From NCBI RefSeq assembly GCF_006345805.1, contig NC_043012.1, positions 40,052,001 to 40,116,000 on the forward strand: DNA of 64,000 nucleotides, written 5' to 3'. The position numbers and the translations under genes were made by a program. Of the stretch, positions 37,690-51,041 are shown in pieces. The stretch's first letter is position 1. Each line of letters begins with the position of its first letter. Source of the stretch: Octopus sinensis (Eukaryota). The notes beneath the pieces were generated by a model. That model made no database searches. It had not been told where the DNA came from and saw only the letters and a program-made list of their open reading frames with translations.

Positions 37690-38100
37690 CTTCTCTAACT
37701 CTTCAGTTATTTATAACAAATGCCATTTCTCTTAAATCTGCTGCCATTTTTAATCAATTAACTCTCGTACTTACATTGAATCATTCCATTCATCTAAGCA
37801 CACACCACTGGATTTCCCCCCTCTAGTTCTAACCCCTTAATTTTTCTTGTACCTATCCTAACTTCTATTTCACATTAAGTACCAGTTACACACTGGGGTC
37901 AATATAATTGACTTAATCCCTTGCACTCACAGTTGGTCCAATTTAAATTCTAGCCCCTGCCATTCCTTCAGCCAATGACACTTCCTCGATTGTTAATTCT
38001 GTTCCCAATTTTGGTTAATCCCATCCTTTCCTCACAGTATTTAAGCCCTTCAACCACATTCCTTCTTAGGCCCTTCCAGCACCTTCCAAATGTACAATTT
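37690..38100 (-). pseudogene. Possible old RTE ORF remnant
   Basis: Minus-strand fragments MGLTKIGNRIN.. and TRKIKGLELEGG weakly resemble the RTE C-terminal region; interrupted by a SINE piece. Confidence 0.3.
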
Positions 38101-38189
38101 CAATAAGCTACCACTAGCAAAACTTTGAACTTACTATCAACAAGAACTATCATTATTATTATTATTATTATTGTTATTATTATTATTTT

Positions 38190-38410
38190 TAAGGTGGTAA
38201 GCTAGCATAATTGTTAACATGTTGAGCAAAATGCTTAGCAGTATTTCATCTGCTGCTACATTCTGAGTTCAAATTCCACCGGGGTCAACTTTCTCTTCCA
38301 TCCTTTCGGGGTTGATTAAATAAGTACCAGTTACACACTGGGGTCAATATAATTGACTTAATCCCTTGTCACAAATTTGAGGCTTTGTGCTTCCAGTAGA
38401 AAAGGATTAT
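38190..38410 (+). mobile_element. SINE-B copy (further copies at 42765-42970 +, 43850-43968 -, 53748-53930 -)
   Basis: Head, B box and core; flanked by (TTA)n. Confidence 0.8.
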
Positions 38411-38477
38411 TGTTGTTGTTGTTATTATTATTGTTATTATTATTATTATTATTGTTATTATTATTGTTGTTATTATC

Positions 38478-39086
38478 TTTTATCTTTTACTTGTTTCAGT
38501 CATTAGACTGTGGCCATGCTGGGGCAATGTTTTGAGGAACTTGACTCAAAGAAATTGACCCCAGTACTTATGCTGTTTTAAGCCTAGGACTTATTCTATC
38601 AGTCTCCTTTGCTGAACCGTTAAGTTACAAGAATGTAAACACACCAACACCGGTTGTCAAGTGATGAAGAAGGGACAAACACAGACACAAAGACACACAT
38701 GCATAGATATATATACATATATATGAAGGACTTCTTTCAGTTTCTGTCTACCAAATCCACTCACAAGGTTTTGGTCAGCTTGAGGCTATGGTGGGACTGA
38801 ACCCAGAACCATGTGGTTGGGAAGTAAGCTTCTTACCACACAACTATGCCTGTGCCTATTTACATAAACATGTATACACACAAGGAAACACAGATTTTCA
38901 TACACTACATACATGGGCACAGGTGTGGCTGTGTGGTAAGAAGCTTCCTACAGAACCACATGGTTCTGAGTTCAGTCCTGCTGTGTGGCACCTTGGGCAA
39001 ATGTCTTCTATTATATCCTTGGGCCAACCAAAGCCTTGTGAGTGGATATGGTAGACGGAAAGTGAAAGAAATTTGTTGTGTGTATA

Positions 39087-39121
<35 letters not shown>

Positions 39122-39240
39122 CTACCACCACCACTTGACAAGTGATAGTTTGTTTACATTCCTGAAACTTTGAGATTTGGCAAAGAGAAACTGATAGAAT
39201 AAGTACATGAGTACCGAGCTTAAAGGAGAAAAGTACTGAG
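38478..39240. mobile_element. Head-to-head pair of SINE-A copies (38478-38850 -, 38915-39240 +)
   Basis: Both heads and bodies are recognisable. Confidence 0.8.
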
Positions 39241-39339
39241 ACGAATTTGTTCAAAGAAAAACCTTCAAAGAAATGCAAGGAGCAAAGCTGCATTTTAATA
39301 AGACAAGGGAAAGACTGAAGATATATTCCAGTTTATACA

Positions 39340-39709
39340 TACATACATATATGTATGTATATGTGTGTGTGTGTGTATGTATATATGTATTATGTGTGTG
39401 TGTATATATATGATTATGTGTGTATGTATATGTGTGTATGTATATATATATATGTATGTATGTATGTATGTATATATATATATGTATGTGTGTATGTATA
39501 TATATATATGTACGTATGTATATATATATATGTACGTATGTATATATATATATGTACGTATGTATATATATATATGTACGTATGTATATATATATATATG
39601 TATGTATGTATATATATGTATGTATGTATCATCATCATCATCGTTTGTATGTATGTATGTATATATATATGTATGTATATATATATATATGTGTATATAT
39701 ATATTTATG

Positions 39710-39752
<43 letters not shown>

Positions 39753-40925
39753 GTATATGTGTATGTATGTATATATGTATGTATGTATGTATATGTGTAT
39801 GTATGTATATATATATGTATGTATGTATTATATATATGTATGTATATAATACGTATGTATGTATGTATATATATATGTATGTATGTTTCTATATATGTAT
39901 GTGTGTATATATATACGTATGTATATATATACGTATGTATGTATATTTATATGTTTGTATGTATATATATATACATATGTGTGTATATATATATGTATGT
40001 GTGTATATATATATGTATGTATGTATATATATATATGTATTATGTATATATGTATGTATGTATATATATATATGTGTGTATATATGTATGTATGTATTAT
40101 ATATATATGTATATATGTATGTATAATATATATATATGTGTGTGTATTATATATGTATATATATGTGTGTGTATATATATATATTATATATGTATGTGTA
40201 TATATTATATATATATGTATGTATGTATGTATATGTATGTATATATATATATATGTGTGTGTATATATATATGTATATATATGTATGTATGTATGTATAT
40301 GTATGTATATATATATATATATGTGTGTGTATATATATATGTATATATATGTATGTGTATATATATATATATGTATGTATGTATGTATGTGTATATATAT
40401 ATATATATGTATGTATGTATGTGTATATATATATATATGTATGTATGTATGTGTATATATATATATATGTATGTATGTATGTATGTGTATATATATATAT
40501 ATATGTGTGTATGTATGTATGTGTATATATATATATATATATATGTGTGTATGTATGTATGTGTATATATATATGTATATATGTGTATGTATGTATGTGT
40601 ATATATATATATATATATGTGTGTATGTATGTATGTGTATATATATATATATGTATATATGTGTATGTATGTTTGTGTATATATATATATGTATATATGT
40701 GTATGTATGTATGTGTATATATATATATGTATATATGTGTATGTATATATATATATATATATATGTATGTATATATATATATAATATATATGTATGTATG
40801 TATATATATATATGTATATATGTATGTATGTGTATGTATATGTGTGTATGTATGTATGTATATATAATATATATATGTATATATATGTATATTTATGTAT
40901 ATATATATATATGTGTGTGTATGTA
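39340..40925. repeat. ~1.6-kb compound (TA)n/(TG)n/(TATG)n microsatellite
   Basis: Direct inspection. Confidence 0.95.
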
Positions 40926-41269
40926 TTTTACTCATCAATTTTTAGCTGTAATCAAAGTAGAGGCAATATTTTTGTTGTTGGGTTAATGTTGACAGATGAT
41001 TATAATTTATATGCAGATGTGGTTTGGAAAATTTTTAATTGGAATGAAAATTAATGAGATGCTACCAAATCTAACCACAATTTTTGTCAGCTACTACAAC
41101 TAATAATAATAATAATAATATGTTGCTGTGTTTACTATTGCTAATACTAGTTGTAATGCTAATCCTGCTGCCCAGAACTCTAGCACAGCCCACACAACAT
41201 GCATCCTTTGTAGTCACCCTGTGATACACAACTTCCACAAGGCAACCATCATCATCTAATAAACTATCG

Positions 41270-41640
41270 CAGGCTGTAGGATAAGAAGCTTGCTTCCCAC
41301 ATGGTTCTGGGTTCAATTCCACTGCATGGCACCTTGGGTAAATGTCTTCTGCTATAGCCTTGGGCTGATCAAAGCCTCATGCGTGGATTTGGTAGAGGGA
41401 AACTGAAAGAAGCCCATCATATGTGTGTGTGTGTATTTGTGTCTCTGTATTTGTCCCCCACCAATGCTTGACAACAGGTGTCTGTATGTTTATGTCCCCG
41501 CAACTTAGTGGTTCAGCAAAAGAGATCGATAGAACAAATAAAGTACTGGGAGTGGGGGTTGATTCATTTGACAAAAATTTCTTCTAGGCAGTACCCCAGC
41601 TTGGCCACAATGTAATGACTGAAACAAGTGTAAAAAAAAA
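41270..41640 (+). mobile_element. SINE-A copy
   Basis: Head and tail motifs present. Confidence 0.8.
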
Positions 41641-42249
41641 AGACCTTATATATACAATGAAATATATATATATTGAATACACAGTAAATTACATTAATAT
41701 GTATATAAACTCTATACATCTACATCGCAATAAACAGACAAAAAAAAACTCTAAAATAATACCAGAAACCAAAAAAGAAAGCCGAGAACGAAATAAATTC
41801 AGTGTAATGAAGACAGAAACACTATGCCAAATTCCTATAAGACTTTGTTGCACACACACACACACACCACACACACACCACACACACCACACACACACAC
41901 AGAGGTACTCTAGACAATCACGTGAAACTGCTGAAAACAAACGGTAAAGGTACCTAATAACATTTTCTATGACAAGAATAACAATGGTGTCGTAATTATT
42001 GATATAGTAAATACCAAATCACGATAATGGAGAGTAGGAATGAGTTGAAAATCTAAGAAATAATGTCAACCTAAATGTTGAATTAACAGTGAAATTATGG
42101 TGGTTAATGAATGGGTCTAACACAGCATTTTTACTTGGCACCAGACTGATAGTCAGCTATTTCTATAGACATTGACAGTTCACCTATGGAGATAGACATT
42201 GGTATATTCTAGAGAAAAGAGACTTCTATGGACTGTAAATGTTTTTCTT

Positions 42250-42645
42250 TCAATCTTTTACTTGTTTCGGTCATTGGACTGCAGCCATGCTGGAGCAATG
42301 CCATGAAGGGTTTTGATAAAATAAATTGATACCTGTACTTATTCTTTTAAGTCAAGTACTTCTGTCTATCTCTTTCGCCAAATTTCTAACTTACAGAACA
42401 TAAACAAACCATCACTGGTTTTCAAGGAGTGTCAGGACAAACACACACACATACACGCACACACACACACACACATACACGCACATGAAGGACTTCCACA
42501 CAGTTTTTGTCTACCAAATGCACTTAGAAGGCATTGGTTGAGCCAAGGCTAGAAGTAGAAGACTTTTGCCCAGGGTGCCATGCTGTGGGAGTGAACCGAA
42601 AACTTCCTGGTTACAAAACAAACTTCTTAAGGATACGGCCATACC
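42250..42645 (-). mobile_element. SINE-A copy (diverged)
   Basis: Reverse-complement tail cttttacttgtttcggtcattggactgcagccatgctggagca. Confidence 0.7.
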
Positions 42646-43074
42646 CTCTAGAACATTTTCACTCAGCATATCTTAATCTTGGGCATATCTTTATGTGAGT
42701 TTCTCAAGACATACTCTGATGAAAGAAAAGACAGACATTCATTTCTCCTGCAAACTGGCAGAATTGAAGGCGGCAAACTGGCAGAATCATTAACACACCA
42801 GTCTAAATGCTTACTGGCATTTCGTCCGTCCTTACATTCTGAGTTCAAATTCCACCAAGGTCAACTTTGCCTTTCATCCTTTCAGAGTCAATAAAATCAG
42901 CACTGGGGTTGATGTAATTGACAAGCCCCCGCCCTCAAATTTCAGACTGTGTACCTATAGTATAAAGAATTATTATTATCGAAAAAATCTTCTTTCTTAA
43001 TATTTCTCAATTGCATCCCATTCTATCTTTATCCTACTTTTTTTATTTGCACCATTCAAGTGTGATCGTTACCA

Positions 43075-43485
43075 GTGTCGCATTACTGGTACTCGAGCCC
43101 CGTGCTAGTAGAGTATTAAGAGCACCATCCGAGCGTGATCATTGCCAGAGTGGCTATCTGGCCTCCGTGCCGGTGGCACATAAAAGACACCATTCGGGCA
43201 TGATCGTTACCAGCATCGCCTTACTGGCACCTGTGCCAGTGGCATGTGTAAAAAGATTCGAGCGAGGTCGTTGCCAGTACCACCTGACTGGCCCCGTGCC
43301 GGTGGAACGTAAAAGCACCCACTACACTCTCGGAGTGGTTGGCGTTAGGAAGGGCATCCAACTGTAGAAACTCTGCCAGATCAAGATTGAAGCCTGGTGC
43401 AGCCATCTGGTTCGCCAGTCCTCAGTCACTCGTTCAACCCATGCTAGCATGGAAAGCAGACGTTAAATGATGATGATGATGATCA
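43075..43485 (+). mobile_element. RTE-family 3' UTR element
   Basis: ggcgttaggaagggcatcca core; ends catgctagcatggaaagcagacgttaaatgatgatg. Confidence 0.75.
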
Positions 43486-43968
43486 TCATCATTTTACAAT
43501 GTCTGGGGGAGTCATTCTGTTTTAGTGCTTTATTAATTTAACACACTCACTGGTCCGATTTCCACTCATTTACTTATTTATTTTTACTAAAATTTTCATT
43601 GTGTCTTGCAACCTTTTCAATAGTCATTTCAATGACCATTGAAAATATTGAAAATGTTGCAAGATGCAACAAAACTTTTTGTAGAAATAAATAAGTAAAT
43701 GAGTGGAAATCGGACCAGTGAGTGTGTTAAATTAATAAAGCATTAAAAGAGAATGAATCTCCCCAGACACAATAAGATATGTTCCAAAACATGAATTTAT
43801 ATAAAGAATTTTGCAAACTAAATATGAAAAGCGAAATTATCATTATTTCTACTAAAGGCACAAGGCCTGCAATTTTAGCAGTGGGGGAAGAACTGGTGGC
43901 TGACTGGAGGAAAGGCAAAGTTGACCTTGGCAGAAATTGAACTCAGAACATAAAGGCAGACAAAATAT

Positions 43969-44385
43969 AGAAGGCCTGATTTAGTAGTAGTAGATAAAGA
44001 GAATAAAAAGAGCCAGATAATTGACATTCCAGTCCGAAATGATGAAAAAATCAATATGAGAGGTTTAGAAATAATAGCAAAGTACCAGGACCCAGCTTTT
44101 GAATTACGGAGAGACTATGAAAAGGGAAGGTAAAATGTATCCCAGTAGTTACAAGCATATTGGGAACGATCCCTAAAGATCTGAACAGATGGATAAAGGA
44201 AATAGGCATAAAACCCAGTTTAGTGCAACACCAGAAAACAGTGTTTTTTAGGGACAGCTAAGATACTTAGGAGGGTTCTTGGCATCTAAGGTTAATTATT
44301 GTAGCCTGATGGTAGGATTTTTACTTTTCCAACAATCTAATCTGTTGTGTGTATCTGAAAATAATAATAATAATAATAATAATAC
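43969..44385 (+). mobile_element. 3' end of an R4/Dong-clade non-LTR retrotransposon (restriction-like endonuclease domain)
   Basis: RRPDLVVVDKENKKSQIIDIPV..KYQD..IPVV..LGTIPKDL..QKTVFLGTAKILRRVLGI* (stop 44287-44289), then a short UTR and an (AAT)n tail. Confidence 0.85.
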
Positions 44386-44831
44386 AAAAACAGATACTAC
44401 TACAACCACGACAGTTACAACACCAACATTTGGTTGTGGCTTTTTACTTATTTTTTCTTTTCCATTCCTTAAAGTTTCAAGATTCCTCTCACAAACATTC
44501 TGGGATGCATCATTGGTAATGTTTTTGAACTCTCAGGGGTTTCATATCAAGTCCTTCAACATCAAAACCCGGACCCACTCACACAGTAAACCCAGCCGTG
44601 GGCTGATCAAATCCCAGCTTGCATCTCAGTCGTAGCCAAATCCTTGTGCCCCCCACCCACCCTTCCCCTCTATTGAAATCCAACTAGTGACCTTCCCTGC
44701 AGCATCAGTAAAGTTAATTCTTGACAACTGGAAAAAAAAAAAGAAAAAAACTGAAATCAAGAATTTGTTTCTATTTTGTTTTGTTCTGTTTCCATATTTC
44801 TAACGTTTTCTTCTTCTTCTTCTTCTTGCAG

Positions 44832-44953
44832 TGTGACGGTGAATGCTCTACATTGTGCCAAAAATGAGTGGCCAAATTGTCCAAACAATGTCAAACTATT
44901 ATGGCAAGCAATGGATTCAGGATTATCTTTCTTGTGTACTAATAAGTTAGACG
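44832..44953 (+). CDS. Internal coding exon (phase 2 start, phase 1 end) of an unidentified Cys-rich protein: VTVNALHCAKNEWPNCPNNVKLLWQAMDSGLSFLCTNKLD
   Basis: CTAAC branch site at ~44800, long pyrimidine tract ending ttcttgcag (44831), donor ACG|GTGAGT at 44954. The other two frames contain TGA stops and the sequence is non-repetitive. Homology not checked. Confidence 0.75.
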
Positions 44954-45236
44954 GTGAGTAACCAACACTTCTTCTTGATGCGACATTTGATTGGCTTCTT
45001 GTTGTTATTGTTTTTGTTGTTGCTATTACCATTATTTCTGTTGTTGTCGTTGTTGTTGTGTAGATGGTTAAAGCTTGAGCAGGCAAAACCTCAGATAAAA
45101 ACTGCAGAAATATTCCAGTCGTACCTATCCAATATTTTCTCCAGAACCAAAGTATCTCAGATCACATTGACAAATATTTCTTAATAATACTTTGCGTTTT
45201 GAGGAAATGTGGCTGTTATTTCTATCAGATCTAGCT

Positions 45237-45260
45237 CTCGTATATATATGTATATATATA

Positions 45261-45298
<38 letters not shown>

Positions 45299-45830
45299 AA
45301 ATCCATTCTGTCTGTCTGTGTGTGTCTTCTAGGATCTCAGGCATCCTCCATCCGATTGCGCTCAAATTTGATATGTAGATACAGACATATCAGGGTGTGT
45401 ATAAGTCTTGAAAAAATTACAAAAATCGATTCCATGTGAGAATACAATCGATAAAGCCATGGGAACGTGCATTTGTATGCACAAGTACATCACCTGTTGC
45501 GATCAATACTACGCATGCACAAGAAAAATGCACATGCAGTTTGCGCAAAAAAAGCTGGCTGGCTTGAAATAATGCCACAAAATGCAGTATATTTATGAGA
45601 CCAAAAAAGTAAGATGCAAAAGAGAGATTTTCTTCAAACTTGGCATGAAGGAAGGAAAGACTATTTGGTTTCTCAAGAAGTTTTTTTTTGCCAAAAAAAC
45701 AGCCAAAAATTTTATTGAAATAAAAGCATGCTTAATTACTTTTTAATGAAAAGGAAACACTGATTGCTCTTTATTCAGCAGATATGATTCAGCACTGTCC
45801 ATCGGACGGGGGGGGGCGTTTTGCTCGTAT
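45237..45830 (+). mobile_element. Probable non-autonomous Helitron
   Basis: 5' tc+(ta)n+aaa then (gtct)n, internal ccgattgcgctcaaattt, 3' small hairpin gtcc-atc-ggac and terminal gctcgt (CTAGT-like). Confidence 0.45.
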
Positions 45831-46309
45831 ATATATATATATGAAAGGAACCCTTGTCAGTGACATGTACAAGGCACTTGTGCTGGTGGCACATAAAAGG
45901 CATCCATGACGGTGACACATAGAAGGGTACCATACCAGTGACACATAAAAGACATCCAGTATACTCTATAAGGTGGCTGGCATTAGGAAAGGCATGTAGC
46001 TGTAGAAGCTAAGCCAAAACAGATGATTGGAACCTGAGACTGCTCTCTGGATTACCAACTCTGATCAAACCTGGAAAGTTCCTGGCTTTTGGTAAAAGAA
46101 AATACAAGAGGGCCAGTTAATTATGATTTTATTCAACATATCCCCCTTCTCAGATTCACACACTTATTGCAGCAGTCCTGTAAAAAGAACTCAGAAGGTT
46201 GGGTCTCCAACTAGACCTTTCACGATGCCCTTAAAGTCTGGAACTTTTCAGCACACCCCTCATGTATATATATCTATATATATATATATATATTATATAT
46301 ATATATCAT

Positions 46310-46965
46310 CACCATCATCGTTTAATGTCTGTTTTCCATGCTGGCATGGGTTGGACAGTTGACTGAGGTCTGGAGAGCCAGCAGCCGCACCAGGCCCCAA
46401 TCTGATCTGGCAATGCTTCTACAGCTGGATGCCCTTCCTAAAGCCAACCACTCAAAGAGTGTAGTGGGTGCTTTTTACATGCCACCAGCACAGGAGCCAG
46501 GCAGGCGGGCCTGGCATCGATCCCACTCGGATAGTGCTCTTCGTGTGCCACCAGCACGGGAGCTAGTCAGGGGGCACTGGCATCAGCCACATTTGGATGG
46601 TGCTTTTTACATGCCACCGGCATGGGAGCCAGTCAGGCAGCCCTTGCATTGATCATGTTCAGATGGTGCTTTTTACATGCCACCAGCATGGGAACAATTC
46701 AGGGGACACTGGCATCAACCATATTCAGATGATACATTTTAAGCGTCACCAGAATGGGAGCCAGCCAGGGGGCAATGGCCACAGCTACGATTTTGGTTTT
46801 ACTTGACTCAACAGATCTTCTCAAGCATATCATATCACCCAATGCATCAAGGGTACTCTTAAGTAAGCCAGACATGCAACACTGGCATCGGCCATGGCTG
46901 TGATCTCACTTTAGTTGCTGGGTCTTCTCAATCACAGCATATTTCCAAAGGTCTCAGTCTCCTGT
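46310..46965 (-). mobile_element. RTE LINE 3' UTR with ~50-bp tandem units and the very end of the ORF
   Basis: Same tail and ggatgcccttcctaa core as 47550-48310; repeated gatggtgctttttacatgccacc units. Confidence 0.75.
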
Positions 46966-47341
46966 CATGGCATATATTATACTTATATATACAAACATAC
47001 ACGTGTGTGTGTGCATGTTTGTGTGGGAGGGGGGGTATAAATAAGGATAAGGGAAATAGGGATTTTTCACATCCATAATTTACAGCATCCTTTACTGGAC
47101 TCAAATGCATTCTCCTTACCATTAATAATGCTATTATTTACCCTTTGGAAGTTACGCAGTCCTGAATAGTCCTGAATAGGATACTCGAATTTACCCAGCA
47201 AGATAAGTTGCCAGAGTCTAGCAACTTATTGTTAGATTGGGTATCACAAAAGGACCATTGGGATTAGCCAGCATCTGAAACCAAATTAAGATGTAACAGA
47301 ATAACTGCCAAGATAATATATCCCTTTAAACTAATTTCTGG

Positions 47342-47400
<59 letters not shown>

Positions 47401-47449
47401 TACATATGTATGAAAAGGCTGTGAAGATTTTAGAACATTTATAAATAGG

Positions 47450-47497
47450 TCTTACAGCTGCTTCCAGGATATTTATTATATCCCTTCATTGGAGACG
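47450..47497 (-). ncRNA. Degenerate hammerhead motif (probably inactive)
   Basis: gtct-CCAATGA-a-gggat..atcct-g-GAAGC-agct-GTA-agac: stems and palindromic loop kept, core mutated. Confidence 0.35.
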
Positions 47498-47549
47498 GTG
47501 GGAGAGGGTGGTTAAGCAATAGTTAATTTAGATAAGATACAAAATATGT

Positions 47550-48310
47550 ATCATCATCATCATCGTTTAACGTCCGTTTTCCATGCTAGCATGAGTTGAA
47601 CGGTTCGACCGGGGTCTGGGAAGCCAGGAGGCTGCACCAGGCTCCAATCTGATCTGGCAGTGTTTCTACGGCTGGATGCCCTTCCTAACGCCAACCACTC
47701 CGTGAGTATGGTGGGTGCTTTTTACATGCCACCGACACAGGAGCCAGGGGAGGCTGGCAACGGCTACAATTGGTTGGTGCTTTTTACGTGCCACCTGCAC
47801 AGAGGCCAGTCGAGGCGGTGCTGGCAACAGCCACGTTCGGATGGATCTTTTTATGTGCCACCGGTACTGGTATCACAACTACAATTCCATTGATTTTTTT
47901 GATCGATTTCGATTTCACTTGCCTCAACAGGTCTTCACAAGCAGAGTTTTGTGTCACAAGGAGGAAAGGTAGGCATAAGTGGACTGGCTACATCCCAAGT
48001 ACAGGCCACGGGTTATGGTCTCACTTGCCCTGCCGGGTCTTCTCACATACAGCATATTTCCAAAGGTATTGGTCACTAGTAATTGCCTCAGTGAGACCTA
48101 ATGTTCGAAGGTCGTGCTTCACCACCTCGTCCCAGGTCTTCCTGGGTCTATCTCTTCCACAGGTTCCCTCAACCACTAGGGTGTGGCACTTTTTCACACA
48201 CTTGTCTTCATCCATTCTTGCCACACGACCATACCAGTGCTGTCATCTCTCTTGCACCCCACAACTGATGCTTCTTAGGTCCAACTTTTCTCTCAAGGTA
48301 CTCACACTCT
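47550..48310 (-). mobile_element. 3' end of an RTE-clade LINE (ORF C-terminus, repeat-containing 3' UTR, (GAT)n tail)
   Basis: LREKLDLRSISCGVQER*QHWYGRVARMDEDKCVKKC..GRDRPRKTWDEVVKHDL..LW. The UTR ends ..catggaaaacggacgttaaacgatgatgatg. Confidence 0.85.
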
Positions 48311-48429
48311 ATATATATACATATATATTTATATGTGTGTGTACATATATATACATGTGTATTGCATGCATATACACATGTATGTGAGATGTGTATATGT
48401 ATGCATGTGTGTGTATATATATATATATA

Positions 48430-48641
48430 TGAGAGGCTTGTTGAAAAGTTCCTAGTTTTGGGTAAAACAAAATACAGGTGGATCAGTTAATTATGATTTT
48501 ATTCAACATATTCTCCTCTCAGATTCACACACTTACTTGCAGTGGTCCTTCAGTTCTTCTAAGCCCTGTAAAAGAACTCAGAAGGTGGGGTCTCCAACCA
48601 GGCCTATACGCTTAAAGCCAGGAACTTTTCAGCACCTCCTT
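48430..48641. mobile_element. Mariner-type MITE (second copy at 46075-46262)
   Basis: TIRs ..gttgaaaagttcctag and ..ccaggaacttttcagcacc; the internal sequence is shared between the two copies. Confidence 0.8.
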
Positions 48642-49132
48642 GTACAGCAAGTTAGACTTTTTTTCCATCACACAAGTGAATTTATAATCTAACGCCCTCT
48701 ATATTAAATATTTGCAAGAAAAATCTTCAGTGTGTATTATTTAAAACTTTCATTCACACCTACATTGTTTGTCTTTCCACAAAGAAGAGTAAGAATTTTG
48801 GGTAGATTTTACCAATTGCAGGAAGATTGTTTGGAAAAATATCAGAAACTAGCATTTTTTCCATTTGTTTTCAGGAATTATGGAATTTTATTGAAAATAT
48901 CAAATAGATTAAGAATTGGGTGTTAAAAGATCAGAACTATGATTCGATATTTTCGTGAGATTTTCCTGCTACAAATTATGCTTTCAAAAATATTTTTTAG
49001 AATTTTGTTTTTACAAATTGTTATTCAACTTTTACTTCGCAACAAAAGATGAATGATATCAAGAATTAAAAAAAAATATTTATTGTATGTAAAACTTTAT
49101 TGTAGACGTATGTGAACAGCTGTGCATATATT

Positions 49133-49164
<32 letters not shown>

Positions 49165-49313
49165 TATGTGTGTGTACACAAATATGTATATGTGTGTGTA
49201 CACATGTATATACATGTGTATTGCATGCATATACACATGTATATGAATATACATGTGTACACACACACACATTGATATTTCCCTATAATCTATTTTATGG
49301 CATATGGGTGATT

Positions 49314-49355
<42 letters not shown>

Positions 49356-49659
49356 GGATACACACATATATATAGACATACACACACACACACATATATA
49401 TATATACTTATATGTTAATATGCATGTGTGTATGTATACACATACACATGTTACATGTATGTATATATTGTGTGTGTGGATCCATATACACACTCAAACA
49501 TGCTGATACGTACTTCCTAACAGTTTGTATTACTGTAACTGGATGCTTACGTATGTATATGCATGTCTATATTTGAATGTGTAGGAATGTGTTGGGTGTA
49601 TATAACCATAGATATATATCTATATACCTATATATATATATATATATATATATATCCAT

Positions 49660-50040
49660 AGGCGCAGGTGTGGCTCTGTAGTAAGAAGCTTGCTTCCCAA
49701 CTACATGGTTCTGTGTTCAGTCCCACTGCATGGCACATTGGGCAAATGATTTTTATTATAGCCTCAGGTTATAGTAGTAGATGTGATAGATGGAAACAGA
49801 AAGAAGGCCATCATATATGTGTGTGTCTTTGTGTCTGTTTTCCCCTCCCATCACCGCTTGACAACCGGTGTTGGTGCATTTACATCCCTCGTAACTTAGT
49901 GGGTCAGCAAAATAGAGCGATAGAATAAGTACTAGGCTCAAGAAATAAATCCTGGGGTCGATTTGTTCGACTAAAACCCTTCAAGGTGATGCTGCAGCAT
50001 GGTCGCAGTCACCTGACTGAAACAAGTAAAAGAATAAAAT
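49660..50040 (+). mobile_element. SINE-A copy
   Basis: Head at ggcgcaggtgtggct, tail to gactgaaacaagtaaaaga. Confidence 0.85.
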
Positions 50041-50064
50041 AACATATATATCATAATAATCATC

Positions 50065-50345
50065 ATCATCATGGTTTAACGTCTGCGTTCCATGCTGGCA
50101 TGGGTTGGATTGTTTACCTGAGAACTGGCAAGCCAGGAGGCTGCACCAGGCCCCAATCTGACTTGGCAAGGTTTCTAATGCTGGATGCCCTTCCTGACAC
50201 CAACCACTCCAAGAGTGTAATGGGTGCCTTTTACGTGCCGCCAGCATGGGAGCCAGTTAAATAGCATTGGCATAAGCCATGCTCGAATGGTGCTTTTTAT
50301 GTGCCACCGGCATGGGTGCCAGTCAGGAGGCACTGGCATCCATCA
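50065..50345 (-). mobile_element. RTE-family 3' UTR element
   Basis: (CAT)n followed by the reverse complement of the family tail and core. Confidence 0.7.
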
Positions 50346-50861
50346 CATGCTTAAATATACGTCTAGATTTATGTTCCAGAAAGCTCTGAGGTTATTTCGA
50401 TGTTAATTGTTTTACAATTAAACTCCTTTATTCGGTGGGGATGGAGAAGTTTTCGTTTCACAACAGTTTATGGCAGACTGTGACACTGTATTGAAGGATA
50501 CCCATGGGAAAGGGGTATGGGCGTGTGTGTGTGTGTGTGTGTGTGACTATGTGAGTTTGTGTGTTTATGTGAACGAGTATATGTGGTTCACATTCAGTTA
50601 TTTATGTATGTGTTGTGTAAGTATGTGTGTGTTTGTGTAGCTATGAGGAAATACTGGGATATCATTGTTAATACTATCATACATATAGTTGTGTATGTGT
50701 GTATGCATGTGTATGTGTGTATGCATGCATGTCTATATAGGTGTAAATATGTGTGTGTAGATAGATGGATGGATGTAGGCAGACAAGCAGATGGATAGAA
50801 TGTGAAAGAATTTATGTGAATCAAAAACTAAGTTCTGACAATAGATAGAGAGTATCCTGAT

Positions 50862-50892
<31 letters not shown>

Positions 50893-51041
50893 TATATATA
50901 TATGAGTGTGTGTCTATGTGTGTATATATATATATGAGTGTGTGTCTATGTGTGTGTATATATATATATACATACATGCATAAAAAAATTGAATGAATAC
51001 AATCAACAGGAAGGAGTACATTTAGACAGCTATTTAATAAA

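Noticed and set aside
39365-40986. Long ORFs of 243-454 aa (Y/V/C/M/I-rich)
   Set aside because: Translations of (TA)n/(TG)n microsatellite, which lacks stops in some frames. The same applies to ORFs at 8179-9072, 24113-24790, 55901-56693 and 57857-58628.
47114-47275. Minus-strand segment with a good acceptor and a GTAAGG donor
   Set aside because: Stops in all three frames.
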